A program made the position numbers and the translations under genes. This document shows positions 1 to 12,500 of a DNA stretch of 64,000 nucleotides, in pieces; the first letter of the stretch is position 1, and each line of letters begins with the position of its first letter. Where the stretch lies: contig CM075977.1 of assembly GCA_038087875.1 (NCBI GenBank), forward strand, positions 136,896,001-136,960,000. Direction: 5' to 3'. The stretch is from Malacoraja senta. Its lineage: Eukaryota. Under the pieces are notes generated by a model. That model made no database searches, had not been told where the DNA came from, and saw nothing but the letters and a program-made list of their open reading frames with translations.

Positions 1-77
1 CCCCAACATCGGGAACATTTTTCCTGCATCTAGCCTGTCCAATCCCTTGAGAATTTTATATATTTCTATAAGATATT
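1..77 (-). mobile_element. CR1/HER1 LINE fragment, cut by window start
   Basis: Matches the CR1 copy around 20960-21035 (ccccaacat...cctgcatctagc...tttctataagat). Confidence 0.75.
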
Positions 78-1282
78 ACAGGACAGAATGTCACCATCCA
101 CAGCTTTCCCTTCAAATTGTACATCAAGTTGACTTGGAAATATAGTACTAGTCCTGCAGTTGGGGAACACTCAACTGTGCTATGGTAATCCTTCACCACA
201 AGCAGTTCATGAAGGTCATTTAACACCATCACTTAAAGTGGAGAAAGTGCACTTAAAGAAAGATTTTTAAAAAAAGTGCAGGTTTGCCAGCGATATTCAA
301 ATCTGTGACTGACAGGGAAAAATACTTGTAGGTGCAATCACCTCTCATTAACACATTTCTGGTGGTCCCAAGTGACTAGCAAGCGACAATACTTGCTGAA
401 GCTCAAACTGCAATTACTTTATCCACTGTAGCAGTGAATCTGATTAGAGCTGAAACTGACTATGTTATTCAGCTACAAAAAGCTTCAGCTTGTATTCAGG
501 AAGATTTCCAGAAATACTGTGGAAAAGATGCTTTACTTCACTGCCCGATGCAGCATTCACACATTTCCCCTAGATTTAGAATTCATTGGTTCAAATAAAA
601 AACACCAGCCATTGCAAATAGCAGGCAAATCACAGTCGCACAAGTGTCTCTGCTGTAAATGGCAGGGAATGAATCACATTTGTATCGTATGGAAATGTTT
701 TCTTGCAGTTGCACAATATAACAACTAAAGTGAAAACTTGCTTAAAAAAAATTGAGCTCAGTTTAAGGTTTTTATACTCCATTGTTGACAAAATTTTATA
801 TTTTTAATTAATTAAAATTAAGCAAAGCATCAACATGTGATTTCAATAAGAAATAGCAAATGAATTAGTAACAACAATAAATAATAACTGCACACTGAAA
901 GCCATCTTTTGCTCACAAGTTCACTAACCTGGGATTTTCTCCTGGGGGTAACTAGTCACAGCATTTATATATTTTATGGTGTCCTCAAACTGATGTGATT
1001 GATCGTTAGACTATACACAATGTGATGATGAACCTGGATTTGAAGCTTTTTCTTTTCATGGCCTGCTAGCTGTTTCCAGCAATTTCTGTTTTTCTTTCAG
1101 ATTTCCATAATCTGCAGTTTTTGGGTTTTCCAATTGTACACAATGTCCATATTTAAAAAATGTATTTCTGAAACCAAATGCATGGTTGACAAAATAACCC
1201 AATAAACTGAGATATATTTGTGTAAAAAGGATTAATATAAAAAAAAATTACACTTGTCTCTGGAAATATCTTTTTAACTATT

Positions 1283-2127
1283 AAAGGTTCAAAGGTTCAT
1301 TTATTGTCACATACACCAATTGGTGCAGTGAAATTCGAGTTGCCATTGCAGCACATTAATAAGAATACAACATAACATTATAAAGGAATTTAACATTAAA
1401 CATAATAAACATCCCCCCACAATGGTTCCCACTGTGAGGGAAGGCACAAAGTCCAGTTCCCATCCCCATGTCCACCCATAGTCGGGCCTATTGAGGCCTC
1501 CGCAGTCGCAGCTATGGGGCCCGATGTTTCAGGCCCTTCTCGCCGGGTGATGGTGTTCCGGTGTCGGGAGAACTCTCTCAGCAGCTTGGGATACCTGGAA
1601 CAGCCACTTCCTTGACGGGGACCGCGGCTTCCGAAGCCAACCGGCCGCGCTGGACGGAGCTCCACCACTGGCGGTCTCGGTGAGAGATCCCAGGATCCGC
1701 GATGTCAAAGTCAGCGCCGTCGTCCGCAGCTGGCCGCTCCACAGACGTGCAGCTCCGCGATGTTCAATCGGCGGACCCAGCACACCGAAGCTCCAGCGCG
1801 GCGACCCGGGCAAGGCATCGCCCGCTCCGCGATAGCGCTCCAGTGCTGTGCCGCCGCCGAACCCGTGATTCTGGCCGGTCCCCTCAGGAAAAGCCGCTCC
1901 AGACCCGATGGTAGGCCGCGAGGACGTTTCGAAGATGCTGCTCGGAGGAAAGCCGCCTCTCTGACCAGGTCGGGACAAGGAAAAGCAGTTTCCCTCTCCC
2001 CCCCCCCCCTCACATAAAAGACTAGACATTCAAAACAAAACACTATTTTAACATACTAAAAATTAAAAAAAGAAGTGAAAAGACAGACAGCTGCAGGCAG
2101 GGCAGCCAAACCCAACTGGACGGTGCA
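1283..2127 (-). mobile_element. Non-autonomous GC-rich retroelement with Rex1-type tail (copy 1)
   Basis: Minus strand: GGCTGCCCTG leader, U-rich tract, G-run, GC-rich body, GACTTTGTGCCTTCCCTCACAGTGGGAA motif, TGACAATAAA plus (TGAACCTT)n tail. Same layout at 14048, 60172 and 61908. Confidence 0.7.
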
Positions 2128-2618
2128 CTGACTCTAAATAACCAAATAATTTTGGAAAGGTTATACCAAGACCTTTGCCAGGAATCACCATGGAGTATTA
2201 TCAATTCATGTTGAGATGACAAGCCTTGCATGATTGAAATATTATTCATTTCGAGACACTGTATTCACCAAACCTATGTAGACATTTGTGCATTCATATG
2301 GTTACGTTTTTTAATGTAGAAGATTAACTTAAATATTAGCAGTCCTATAATTCAAAAAAGATTTCCATCTTGGGTAATGTGAATGAGCTACATACTGCAA
2401 ATTGTACTATCTCTAGCATAAAACCAGCAGATTTTGTGGAGGATTACCTTCCCAAATTCTGCAATGTTAAGCTATATCATTTTATGGATGAAAATAAGAT
2501 TCCCTTGGCTCCTGACATTCCTAATTATGCTCCGTGATTCCTTTGTATGATGCTGAATAACATCTTTAATGTTCTGAAGATTCTATTCAGCTTTTGATGG
2601 ATAATTCTTGTTTGTGTA

Positions 2619-3276
2619 TCTATACATAACTAAAACTGTGATCTTGTGCTCTTACGGTTTGCATGTTTTTTTCTATTTGTGCAAAAATGGTACACCATAG
2701 CGCTATGATTTTTCGCCAGCTCACTCACCCTTGTCCTGTGCTGCGAGTGCACCATGTTTGCAAGGTTTAAAAATCTTTAAAACGGCGCATGCGCAGTTTG
2801 ATCTCCTCTCCTGCCAGTCAGCGCTGCGTGGAGTAGTCTCTTCTCCTGTCACTCCGTGGGACAGTCTGCCCCTTTCTGCACCATCGCGTCTTTACTGGAG
2901 CTGAGGATGGCTGGCGGAGATTTCCAACCGGGCACAATTTTCAGAGGGACTGGAAGCAGCGCAGCCCGGCAATGTCACTAAACGGAAAGCGGAGAATCTG
3001 ATCCCGGCAGAAGAGAGCGACCAGCGCCCGCTGTGATTCCCAAAGTCACCGCCATCACAACGCCCCGCAGCTCCAGCCTCTTCCCCTCTGGTCCCCCTCG
3101 CTGGCAGGGTTTGGGGAGGGGAAGAGGGAGGGTGAAGAGGAGTGGAGAGAGTGCTAGGGATGAGGGGAAATGAGCTGCGCCTGTGCAGTTGGGGGCTATG
3201 GGTGAGTGGTGGAATATTACGTTGGGGGACAAAGCCTCCTGTGTGGCAGGGACCCAACAGGTCCCACTTAGTCTAG
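2619..3276 (+). mobile_element. Non-autonomous Helitron
   Basis: Starts TC after A2618 and ends CTAG before T3277. Subterminal hairpin GGGACC-caaca-GGTCCC (3249-3265). No TSD. Both termini recur at 48060-48127. Confidence 0.8.
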
Positions 3277-3401
3277 TGCCTTCTATATATGTATCAAATT
3301 ACTTCAACATTAAGTGTTTATTTCAAGTTATCTTTGCATACCATTTGACTTCTAATGATCAATTAATAATCAATTTCCTTCAAATAATCAATATAATTTA
3401 T

Positions 3402-3663
3402 GGAACGGCACGGTGGCGCAGCGGAAGAGTTGCTGCCTTACAGCACCAGAGACCCGGGTTCAATCTGGTTTCCTCCCACACTCGAAAGACGTACACGTGT
3501 GTACGTTAATTGGCTTGGTATAATTGTAATTTGTCCCGTGTGTGTGTGTGTGTGTAAGATAATATTAGAGTATGGAGTGATTGCTGGTCGGGCGGACTTG
3601 GTGGGCTGTTTTCCGCACTATATCTTTAAACTATTTCTAAACTAAAATTAAAATAAACTAAAA
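3402..3663 (+). mobile_element. HE1-type SINE, internally deleted
   Basis: tRNA-like head (ggtggcgcagcgg...gggttcaatc) and (aaact)n tail. Confidence 0.85.
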
Positions 3664-4367
3664 TTCACCCAGCCCAATCTGTTTGCAGGTTTACCATCAC
3701 CAGGCTATTAATGTCAGAATAGGAAGTGGGTGGATGAGAACACCAACAACTCCAACGTCCCCACCAAGTCACACATGAGACGGAGATGGAAATATAATTT
3801 AATTCCTTCATTGTTGCTGTATCAATATCTGGGGACTACTGTCTAACAATGAAATGGGTGATACTTCACCCAGGAAAGGTCAATATTTCAAGTGGCTCAC
3901 TAGTGCCTTTTCCAGAACAGTCATCCACCATGATTGAAAATTATCCTTCCCCGACCTCACTTGACAACTTGTCATCCTGCAACAGAAACGTGCAACTGTG
4001 GGCTCCCCGCTTGTTGTGGAAGGAATGATGACCAGTATGTTGTCATCGGCTTGCTAAGAAAAGAAAGGGAAATGTTCTAAGTGAAGTCTGTGAGGGGTAA
4101 TGTTATTGTAGCCAATCTACAAGTTCCTCTTGTAGGTCAGTCTCAGAGGCCCGTTCACTAATTAAAGTGGATGGAAAAGTGACAATGTCTCCAAAGTTCA
4201 TTACTGTCCTGAAACTCCCTTGCAGAATATATTTCATAAACCATGCAACTGCATTGCAGTCCAATTGAACATTTGGTCTGACCAATTGTTTCTTTAAGGT
4301 TTTGGAAATAATGGCTATTTTTGGTTCCATCCTTCAATATCAGGCAATTGTACCATCGTATCAACAC

Positions 4368-4868
4368 CTCGATAGTAGTACTGAGCTACTATCTACCTCA
4401 CTGGAGACCCTCGGACTATCTTTAATCAGACTTTACTGGACTTTAGGTGAGGCCATTTATAAACTGAGATGAGAAAAAATGTTTTCACCAAAGAGTGTTG
4501 TGAATTTGTGGAATTCTCTGCCACAGAAGGCAATGGAGACCAATTCACTGGATGAATTTAAAAAAGAGTTTGATAGAGCTCTTGGAGCTAGTGGAATCAA
4601 GGGGTATGGGGAGAAGACAGGCACGGGTTACTGATTGTGTATGATCAGCCATGATCACAATGAATGGCGGTGCTGGCACGAAAGGCCGAATGGCCTCCTC
4701 CTGCACCTATTTTCTATGTTTCTATGTTTATCTTGCACTAAATGTTATTCCCTTTATCATGTATCTGTACAGTATTGGTGGCTCGATTGTAATCGTATAA
4801 TCTTTCCACTGATTAGTTAGCAGACAACAAAAGCTTTTCATGTGACAATAAACTAAACTAAACTAAAC
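4368..4868 (+). mobile_element. Rex1-type 3' UTR fragment interrupted by a CR1 3' end
   Basis: Matches the uninterrupted copy at 50735-50945; ends TGACAATAAA(CTAAA)n. Confidence 0.75.
4446..4726 (+). mobile_element. CR1/HER1 3' fragment
   Basis: Encodes RVVNLWNSLP, has the CR1 3' hairpin and (TTTCTATG)n tail; TTTA on both sides. Confidence 0.85.
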
Positions 4869-5329
4869 GTCTGTTTCCAGATTTTTTTTTCTCAGAACTT
4901 TAATAGGGTATCTCATTGTTTGTGAGCACAAACTTGAAGCTATGAAAATACTAGTCAGAACTAAATCTCAGAGTGCAACATTGGATTTTGAAATACCCGG
5001 TAAAATTTTACCTGCAACTTCATTTAAAACCACACAGATCTGTCTTAATTTGTAATCATTCTGCCTGCTGTGGGATAGGAAGTGCCAAGTCATTAAAATA
5101 TTGTAAACAATTACCTGTAACATGTTGGTACAGAACCATTGGAGTTTCATAAACAGATTTAAATGGTTATCCACTCAGGAAGTTGAGACCCCATACTTAA
5201 TTTAACTACTGCAGCATGTTTCCTGCTGCTTGATCAAGTTGCCTTGAACGTAATGGCTGTAATAGTAACACAGCAACAGAGAAAAGTCAATCAACCCTTT
5301 GAGCTTTTTCTAATAGGAGCAAATTAACA

Positions 5330-5667
5330 TATGAATTAGAATCAGAATTGGCCACTTGGTTCTTGAAGTTAATAACATTATGGCTGATATGATTGCAACT
5401 TCAACTCCACATTCCATCTACTCTTGGTAACTTTTCAGTCCCTTGCTAATCATCTATCTACCTCGGTCTTAAAAATATTCATGATTCTGCTTTCACCACT
5501 CTTGAATGAAGAGAGTTTCAAAGACTCAAGAGTCTTTGATAGAAAATATTTCACATCATTCTCATCTTAAATATAGTTTAGAGATACAGCGCAGAAACAG
5601 GCTCTTCGGCCCACCAAGTCTGCGCTGATCCCCGCACAGTAACACTATTCTACACACACTAGGGAAA
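5330..5667 (-). mobile_element. Degenerate CR1 3' fragment plus HE1 SINE 3' end (about 5575-5667)
   Basis: Similarity to other CR1 tails; gagatacagcgcagaaacaggctcttcggccca is the HE1 tail. Confidence 0.65.
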
Positions 5668-6520
5668 ATATTTTTCGATATTCCACTCCTTTGTTGCAGC
5701 TGTACCTTCTAAAAACTATTATGTCCCTTTATAGCATCCTTTCAACCTTATCTACTTTCCCACCTATTTCAGTCAATCCATCCAAGTCACTTGTAAAAAT
5801 CATAAATAATTGCCCCAGCACTATGGTACATCATCCATTACATCTTCCCAAAACCCCAAATACCTATTTATGCCTGCTCTCAGATTCCTGTGTGGCAGCT
5901 AATTTTCTACGTCATGAGCTTTTTTTGCATTAGTTTATCCTTGCCATATAATTGAATCTTGAGTTATCTGCATCCATTTACCTCCAATACTTTCATAATC
6001 CCTGGCGTTCTTGCCTCAAGAAACTCCATTGATACTTAATTTGGAAATTTTGGCCCCAGTCTTAATACCTAATTGGAGGAAGGATACCCCATATATCTAT
6101 TCTCCTTTGTGTGAGGAATTGTGTCTGATATCTTAGCTCAGCCCTGACCTATTTTTAGGGATTGCAAGAACTCTAGTGGAAGACGTGGTTTCTCTGCCCA
6201 CTGTATCAAAATCTTTAATTACTTTAAATACTTCCCTGAAATGAGTTTTCATTTAACCTTGGAGGAATGCCAAACTGGTCCGGTGCTTACACTTCGGGAG
6301 GTGTAATTTAAAGAAATCCCCATCAGTCACTGTTGATTTCTCAGGTCTTCAAGGGGCAAATCTTTGAATGAAGTTTTGGAGAAATATAACTAATTATCTT
6401 CACTTAGAAAGGGAGAGAGGGATAGTAGGTGCCACGTTATCAGCACCGATTTGCATTACAAGTGGACTTGGAACATTAGCAGCAAAATGCATGCTGAAGA
6501 GAAGATGCAGGTGGGACTTC

Positions 6521-6841
6521 TAGTTTAGTTTAGTTTAGAGATGCAGCGTGGAAACAGGCCCTTCAGCCCACCGAGTCCGCACCGATCAGCGATCTCCTCA
6601 CATTAACACTATCCAACACATACTTGGGACAATTTACACATACACCAAGCCAATTAACCTACATACCTGTACGTCTTTGGAGTGTGGGAGGAAACCGAAG
6701 ATCTTGGAGAAAACCCACGCGGTCACGGTGAGAATGTATAAACTCCGTACAGACAGCACCTGTAGTTAGGATCGAATTCGGGTCTCCGCGCTGCAAGCTC
6801 TGTAAGGCAGCAACTCTACCGTTGCGCCACCGGGGCTGCCC
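6521..6841 (-). mobile_element. HE1-type SINE, full length
   Basis: tRNA-derived head, V-SINE core and CR1-like tail with (AAACT)n. Confidence 0.9.
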
Positions 6842-6949
6842 ACTTGCCGGGAGTGAGCCACACAAGAAGATTCGTACCAATGAACAGGTAGGAGGTTCAG
6901 CTCTCTCTGCTACTCTGAGGAACCCTAATTTCAGGAGATTTGTAAATTC

Positions 6950-7210
6950 ATATGTTCATAAGTCATAGGGGCAGAATTAGGTCATTCGGCACATTGAGTC
7001 TACTCTGCCATTCAATCATGGCTGATCCTCTCCACCCCATTCTTCTACCTTTTCCCCATAGCCTTTGATTACCTACTACCCTAATACCCATTGACTTGGC
7101 CTCCACTGCTGTCTGAGGCAATGAATTCAACAGATTCACCACCCTCTGACTAAAAGAATTCTCCTTATCTACTTTCTAAAGGTACTGTATGTCCTTTTAT
7201 TTTAAGGTAT
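6950..7210 (-). mobile_element. CR1 3' fragment
   Basis: gaattaggtcattcggc...tcaatcatggctgatc...caccaccctctgactaaa, as in the 36856-37205 family. Confidence 0.75.
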
Positions 7211-7591
7211 GATAAATGATAAGAAACCAATGGAGGTTCCTTGTGAGAGACCTTCTGCCTGGTGGCAAAGTGCGAGTAGCAGTGAGTTAATGTAATCTTC
7301 AATTTATTCACACCTGGATACTTTCAGACAGCAGCAGGGGACAGAGCAAGAGTATTGCATTTATAACGAAAAAATGCATCAAGCAAGTGACTACTGGAAT
7401 ATTTGTCAAGGCAAATAAATCTATCAATTTTGCATGCTGTGAGAACACTCAAACAGAGCCAACCCTGGGACTCCTTCCTCTGACATGTTTCCTACAAGTA
7501 CTTATACTCATTGACTTCACAATGTTATTATATGCTACCTATGAAAGTGAGTGATTTGTCTGGATTTCTATTCTATCACCGCAAAGAATGT

Positions 7592-8420
7592 TCAATGGAA
7601 CTTCAATGGTACTTTATTCATCACATGTATCAAGGTACAGTGAAATTCATTTGTGTATACAATTCAGTATGTATCACTGTACATAAGCACTTAGATACAT
7701 CTACGATAAGCATCTCAGAATCCAGTAGAATATCCTTCACCCATGGACCAGTCCCATGGGAGAATTGCTCGTGGACCTGAGATAAATGTGTCTGTCTACC
7801 ATGGGTTGAGACCCTGTATCCAGAATCCAAGTGTATAGCAGTAGTACACTGAGACAGTTTACAGAGTCGCCAGTTTGGCACCATTTTCAAGCCCCAGTTT
7901 ATAAGTGCAGTTTTCTTGACCTGACCTTGAAGGCCCGTTGACGTGGCGGCATTGCAGGGTTGGTCTGGCCAAGCATAGCCATTGGTGTCCTTCACCCCTA
8001 CTCCACCGCTGTAGGTTGCGTGCAGTCTAAGCACTGGGGCTCTTGGAACGGCACGAAGTGGTCTTGAACATGTTCCAATACACTGGCTCTAGATAGTCCC
8101 GCAGTACGTTTGTGCAAACCTGCACACGATTCACTGGGAATTATCATGATGCATTCGTATGAATCCAGTAGAATATCCTTCACCGATGGACCAGTCCCAT
8201 GGGAGAATTGCTCGTGGACCTGAGATAAATGTGTCTGTCTACCTTGGGTTGAGACCCTGCATCCAGAATCCAGCATGCAAAACTGACACACTTATTTGCT
8301 ACGCTTGACCAGGCCGACCCTGTAACACCACCAGGGCAATGGGCCTTCATGATCCGGTCAAGAACACTGCACTTACAAACTGGGGCTCGAAAATGGTGCC
8401 AAACTGGCGACTTTGTAACC
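7592..8420. repeat. Composite: two near-identical 105-bp units (7718-7829, 8161-8272) and an ~120-bp inverted pair (about 7858-7980 and 8297-8420)
   Basis: Direct reading; the two direct copies differ at 3 positions, while the inverted pair is more diverged. Confidence 0.85.
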
Positions 8421-9157
8421 CTGATGCAAGGTCTTGACCCACAACATTGATTTAAATTCCTTGCCTTCACAGATCCTGCTTAACCTGTTGAGTTCCTCCA
8501 GCATTCTGTTTTTTTTGGTTCTAGTTTCCAGTATCTAGTGTCTTGTTTGTCTTCATACAGATGTCCACTGCAGTTGTGATATCTGATGAAGCTCAAGCAA
8601 CAGAAGGAGGAATATAACAGCAACTAGATGGCTGTGTTATCAAACTGGCTTTTGGGTTAGTCATTGAGGTGAACGTACCTGAAAGAAGTAGCATGAAACT
8701 GACAAAAACAAATAGGAGTTAAGAGCTTTAGGGCCTGAACAAGGATGAATGGATAATGTTGGGTGCTGACCTTACAAACCTAATGTGTTAATGTCCACAA
8801 ACACATCAAAATACTCCACTGTTAACCTCTTCATGACACTGTACTCTCAGTCTTTTTTTTTGCGGCATCAGTATTTTATTTGATGTGAGGGAAATAAAAC
8901 ATCTCTTCAGGATCAAGCTGCAGTCAGCTGAATTCATGAAATAATCATTAATTCATTGCAGTGGTGTGCAGAGATTTAGATGGACACGTGGTTTGTGGAG
9001 CCACTCTTCAATCTCTTTGCAGCTCTTTTAGTTGTTTCACTTTTCCTCATTTTAAGATACCTTCAAATCTCTGCCTCTCTGACTCCATTATGGACCTGCA
9101 ATGAACCTTAGGTAGGTGCTGCGAAAATATGATTTTCAAATTATCTCTGACCATTAT

Positions 9158-9340
9158 GGGCGCGGCAGTAGAATTGCTGCCCACATTCCCACATTCTAAA
9201 GATGTACAGGTTTGTAGGTTAATTGGCTTAGGGAAAAATTGTAAATTGTCTCTAATGTGTATGGGGAATGCTGGTTGACGCAGACTCAGTGGGCCGAAGG
9301 GCCAGTTTCCACGCTGTATCTCTACACTACACTAAACCAA
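9158..9340 (+). mobile_element. HE1-type SINE, deleted derivative
   Basis: Partial head, core (cccacattctaaagatgtacagg) and tail. Confidence 0.75.
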
Positions 9341-11089
9341 ATTAATATTGGTGTGATCATGGGCATTGATATTCATAATCTCCAGGTCAATATTGAGCCT
9401 GCGCTAGTGAAGTATGTAGGAAGCACCATTTTAAAACTTGGTAACTTGGTAAAACTGGTAAAGAGATTTTTTGGGGGATAGTTGTCATATTTTGAGATCG
9501 TTGTTAAGGACAAATCTAACTACACAAAATAGGTTCTAAAAAGTTCTTAATTGTCGGGTAGAAAATTGCTTCATTTTGCAATCATTTTTACGTATTTACG
9601 TATTAAAGGACCATTCCCCTGTCCAGCACCAGCCACCCCTTCATGATATTTGGCTCAACTGAATCTTGTTGAAGGGACATACAATCAGCATCCATTTGCT
9701 GTCATTAGCAAAGTCAAGCTTCTCCCCACCATATTAGACATTCATGTCCTAATATTTAACAAAACCTCCCAATCTGAGATGAAGGTTTCTACATATTTTT
9801 CTCTGAACATCAATATTTAACACTGATATTAAACAAAAAACTCACATTCACAAGTTATAGGAGTAGAATTAAGTTATTCGGCCCATCGAAACTGAACATT
9901 ACTATTTAGAGTATAATACATTAAACGATTGGTTGTTAGATGGATTTTGTTTGTGTTTGCAATGTAAGCCAGGCAGTGATTGATGGTTGAAAAATATGTC
10001 TGAGCTACAATAATGTATATTGTTCCTATACATCTGAGTTTCACAATGGTTGCAAGATAATAATTTAAATATAGGAAATATAGAGAGTTGTTACTCATTT
10101 TTCATTTTCATGCTTTGTATTACTTGAGCAGTGCAATAGTGTTAGATAAATCAGAAGAATTATATATGCAATAATGCACATTTGGTCAACTATTCAGCTG
10201 CCTGGCTTAGCTATTCAACCATAACCTGCAATGACTCATCACACCATATGTTATTTTGTATTGTTGGCAAGTGATTTGATTAGTTCTGACTGTTACATGT
10301 ATATGAAAGAATGGTGGGACATAGGAGGGAGTAAAGGAGGCAGAAGTGAACTGATGTCAGGTGATTTAAAGCTGACTGGAGCTGATTGGATTTGACAAGC
10401 ACTTCAGCCACTTGTGGTAATGGATGTCTCTGCCACAGCAGTGAAAAGGTGAAAAGGATTTAATTCCCCCTGAAAGAAGGAAACATGAGTCATTATTTAA
10501 TGACTGCCTTCAGTGAAACTCCCCCAGCATCCCATGTTGATTTATAGGCCTCTCTTACTTTTTATATTAATGAACAAATGGGGATTTTAGATTGGCTCTG
10601 TATTAGTTTGCTTCCTCTGATCTGTGCAGGTTTATTTCACATTTCTTGAAATATCAGTGCAATGTAGAAGGTCAATGTTAACCATCTCTTGCAGAAAATG
10701 AGATAAAATGCAATAAAATTGCCTCAAAATTCAATAATCAAATTGCCAGAGCAAAACTGCAAATTATTATTTTAACACTTTTTAACTATGAAAACAATGT
10801 CAGTATGACAGCAGCAAAGAAAATGAAATCATTCCTAATCTGCACTTATTTCCCTCAATGTCTTTAGGCTTTATGATAATAAACTATTTTTTCACTGAAG
10901 ATGCCAGAGACAGTTAGATTATTGAACTAAAACTGAATTAAAAACAATCAATGAGAATGTTACCGCTGCTGATGTTGGAAGCTAACAGTGTGCCTATTAT
11001 TTCTTACAATGTTAAGTTAAACGTTTAGGCAGAGTTGAAATAAAACAGAAAATGGTCAGGTAGCATCTGCAGGAAGAGAAAAAGAAACA

Positions 11090-11395
11090 GGGCGGCACGG
11101 TAGCGTCGCAGTAGCGTCGCAGCCTTACAGCGCCAGAGACCCGAGTTCAATCCTGACTACGGGTGCTGTCTGTACAGAGTTTGTATGTTCACTCCATGAC
11201 TGCGTGGGTTTTCCCCAGGTGCTTTGATTTCCTTCCACACTCCAAAGATGTATTGGTTTGTATATTAATTGTCCTTGGTAAAGATTGTAAATTGTCGCTA
11301 GAGTCGTGCTAGTGTATGGGGATTGCTGGTTGACACAGGCTCAGTGGGCTGAAGGGCCAGTTTCCTTGCTGGATCTCCAAACTAAACTAAACTAA
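11090..11395 (+). mobile_element. HE1-type SINE, full length
   Basis: Head, V-domain and (AAACT)n tail. Confidence 0.9.
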
Positions 11396-11477
11396 GAATT
11401 AATGCTTTAATCCCTGACATCAGAAATTACTGACAAAAGTTCTCCTGAAGGATCTTCAACCTGAAAAATTAACTTGT

Positions 11478-12500
11478 TTAAGAAAGAACTGCAGATGCTG
11501 GAAAAATCGAAGGTAGACAAAAATGCTGGAGAAACTCAATGGGTGAGGCAGCATCTATGGAGAGAAGGAATAGACGACATTTCGGGTCGAGACCCTTCTT
11601 TAGACTGATGTGGGGGGGGGGGCGGGAAGAAGAAAGGAAGAGGTGGAGACAGTGGGCTTGTGGGAGAGCTGGGAAGGGGAGGGGAAGGAGGGAGAAAGCA
11701 AGGACTACCTAAAATTGGAGAAGTCAATGTTCATACCGCTGGGGTGTAAATTACCCAAGCAAAATATGAGGTGCTGCTCCTCCAATTTGCGGTGGGACTC
11801 TGGCCATGGAGGAGGCCCAGGACAGAAAGGACAGATACGGAATAGGAGGGGGAGTTGAAGTGCTGAGCCACCGGGAGATTGGGTTGGTTAATGCGGACTG
11901 TGCGGATGTGTTGGGCGAAGCATTCGCTAAGCCTGCGCTTGGTCTCACCGATGTAAAGCCGTTGGGACCGAGAGCAGCGGATGCAATAGATGAGGTTGGA
12001 GGAGGTGCAGGTGAACCTCTGCCTCACCTGGAAAGACTGCTTGGGTCCTTGGATGGAGCCGAGGGGGGAGGTAAAGCAACAGGTAAAGCATTTCCTGCGG
12101 TTGCAAGGGAATGTACCAGGGGAGGGGGTGGGAAGGGACAAATTGACCAGGGAGTCACGGAGGGAGTGGTCTCTGCAGAAAGCCGAAAGGGGAGGAGATG
12201 GGAAGATGTGGCCAGTGGTGGGATCCTGTTGGAGGTGGCGATAATGTCGGAGGATTATCTGTTGTATGTGACGGCTGGTAGGGTGGATGGTGAAGACAAG
12301 GGGGACTCTGTCCTTGTTACGAGTGGGGGGGGGAGGGGTGGGAGCGGAGTTACGGGATATAGAAGAGATCATGGTGAGAGCCTTATCTATAGTCGAAGAG
12401 GGGAACTCCCGTTCCCTAAAGAATGAGGACATCTCCGATGCCCTGGTTTGGAACACCTCATCCTGGGTGCAGACGCAGGCGCAGACGGAATAATTGGAAG
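11478..12500 (-). mobile_element. Penelope-like element (Neptune-type), 3' part: Cys-rich linker, GIY-YIG endonuclease and 3' terminal repeat
   Basis: ORF 11731-12597 contains CNRRKCFTC and LIYCIRC...LYIGETKR; degenerate hammerhead motif at about 11575-11606. Confidence 0.9.

Noticed and set aside
1396-2043. Overlapping GC-rich ORFs (also 14155-14827, 27828-28405, 61384-61864)
   Set aside because: Open on both strands because of GC content; no domains and no frame conserved between family copies.
7718-7829. Retrozyme monomer or C/D snoRNA
   Set aside because: No CUGANGA/GAAA core and no C/D box pair on either strand.
11090-11165. tRNA genes
   Set aside because: tRNA-like A/B boxes are HE1 SINE heads running into the V-domain.
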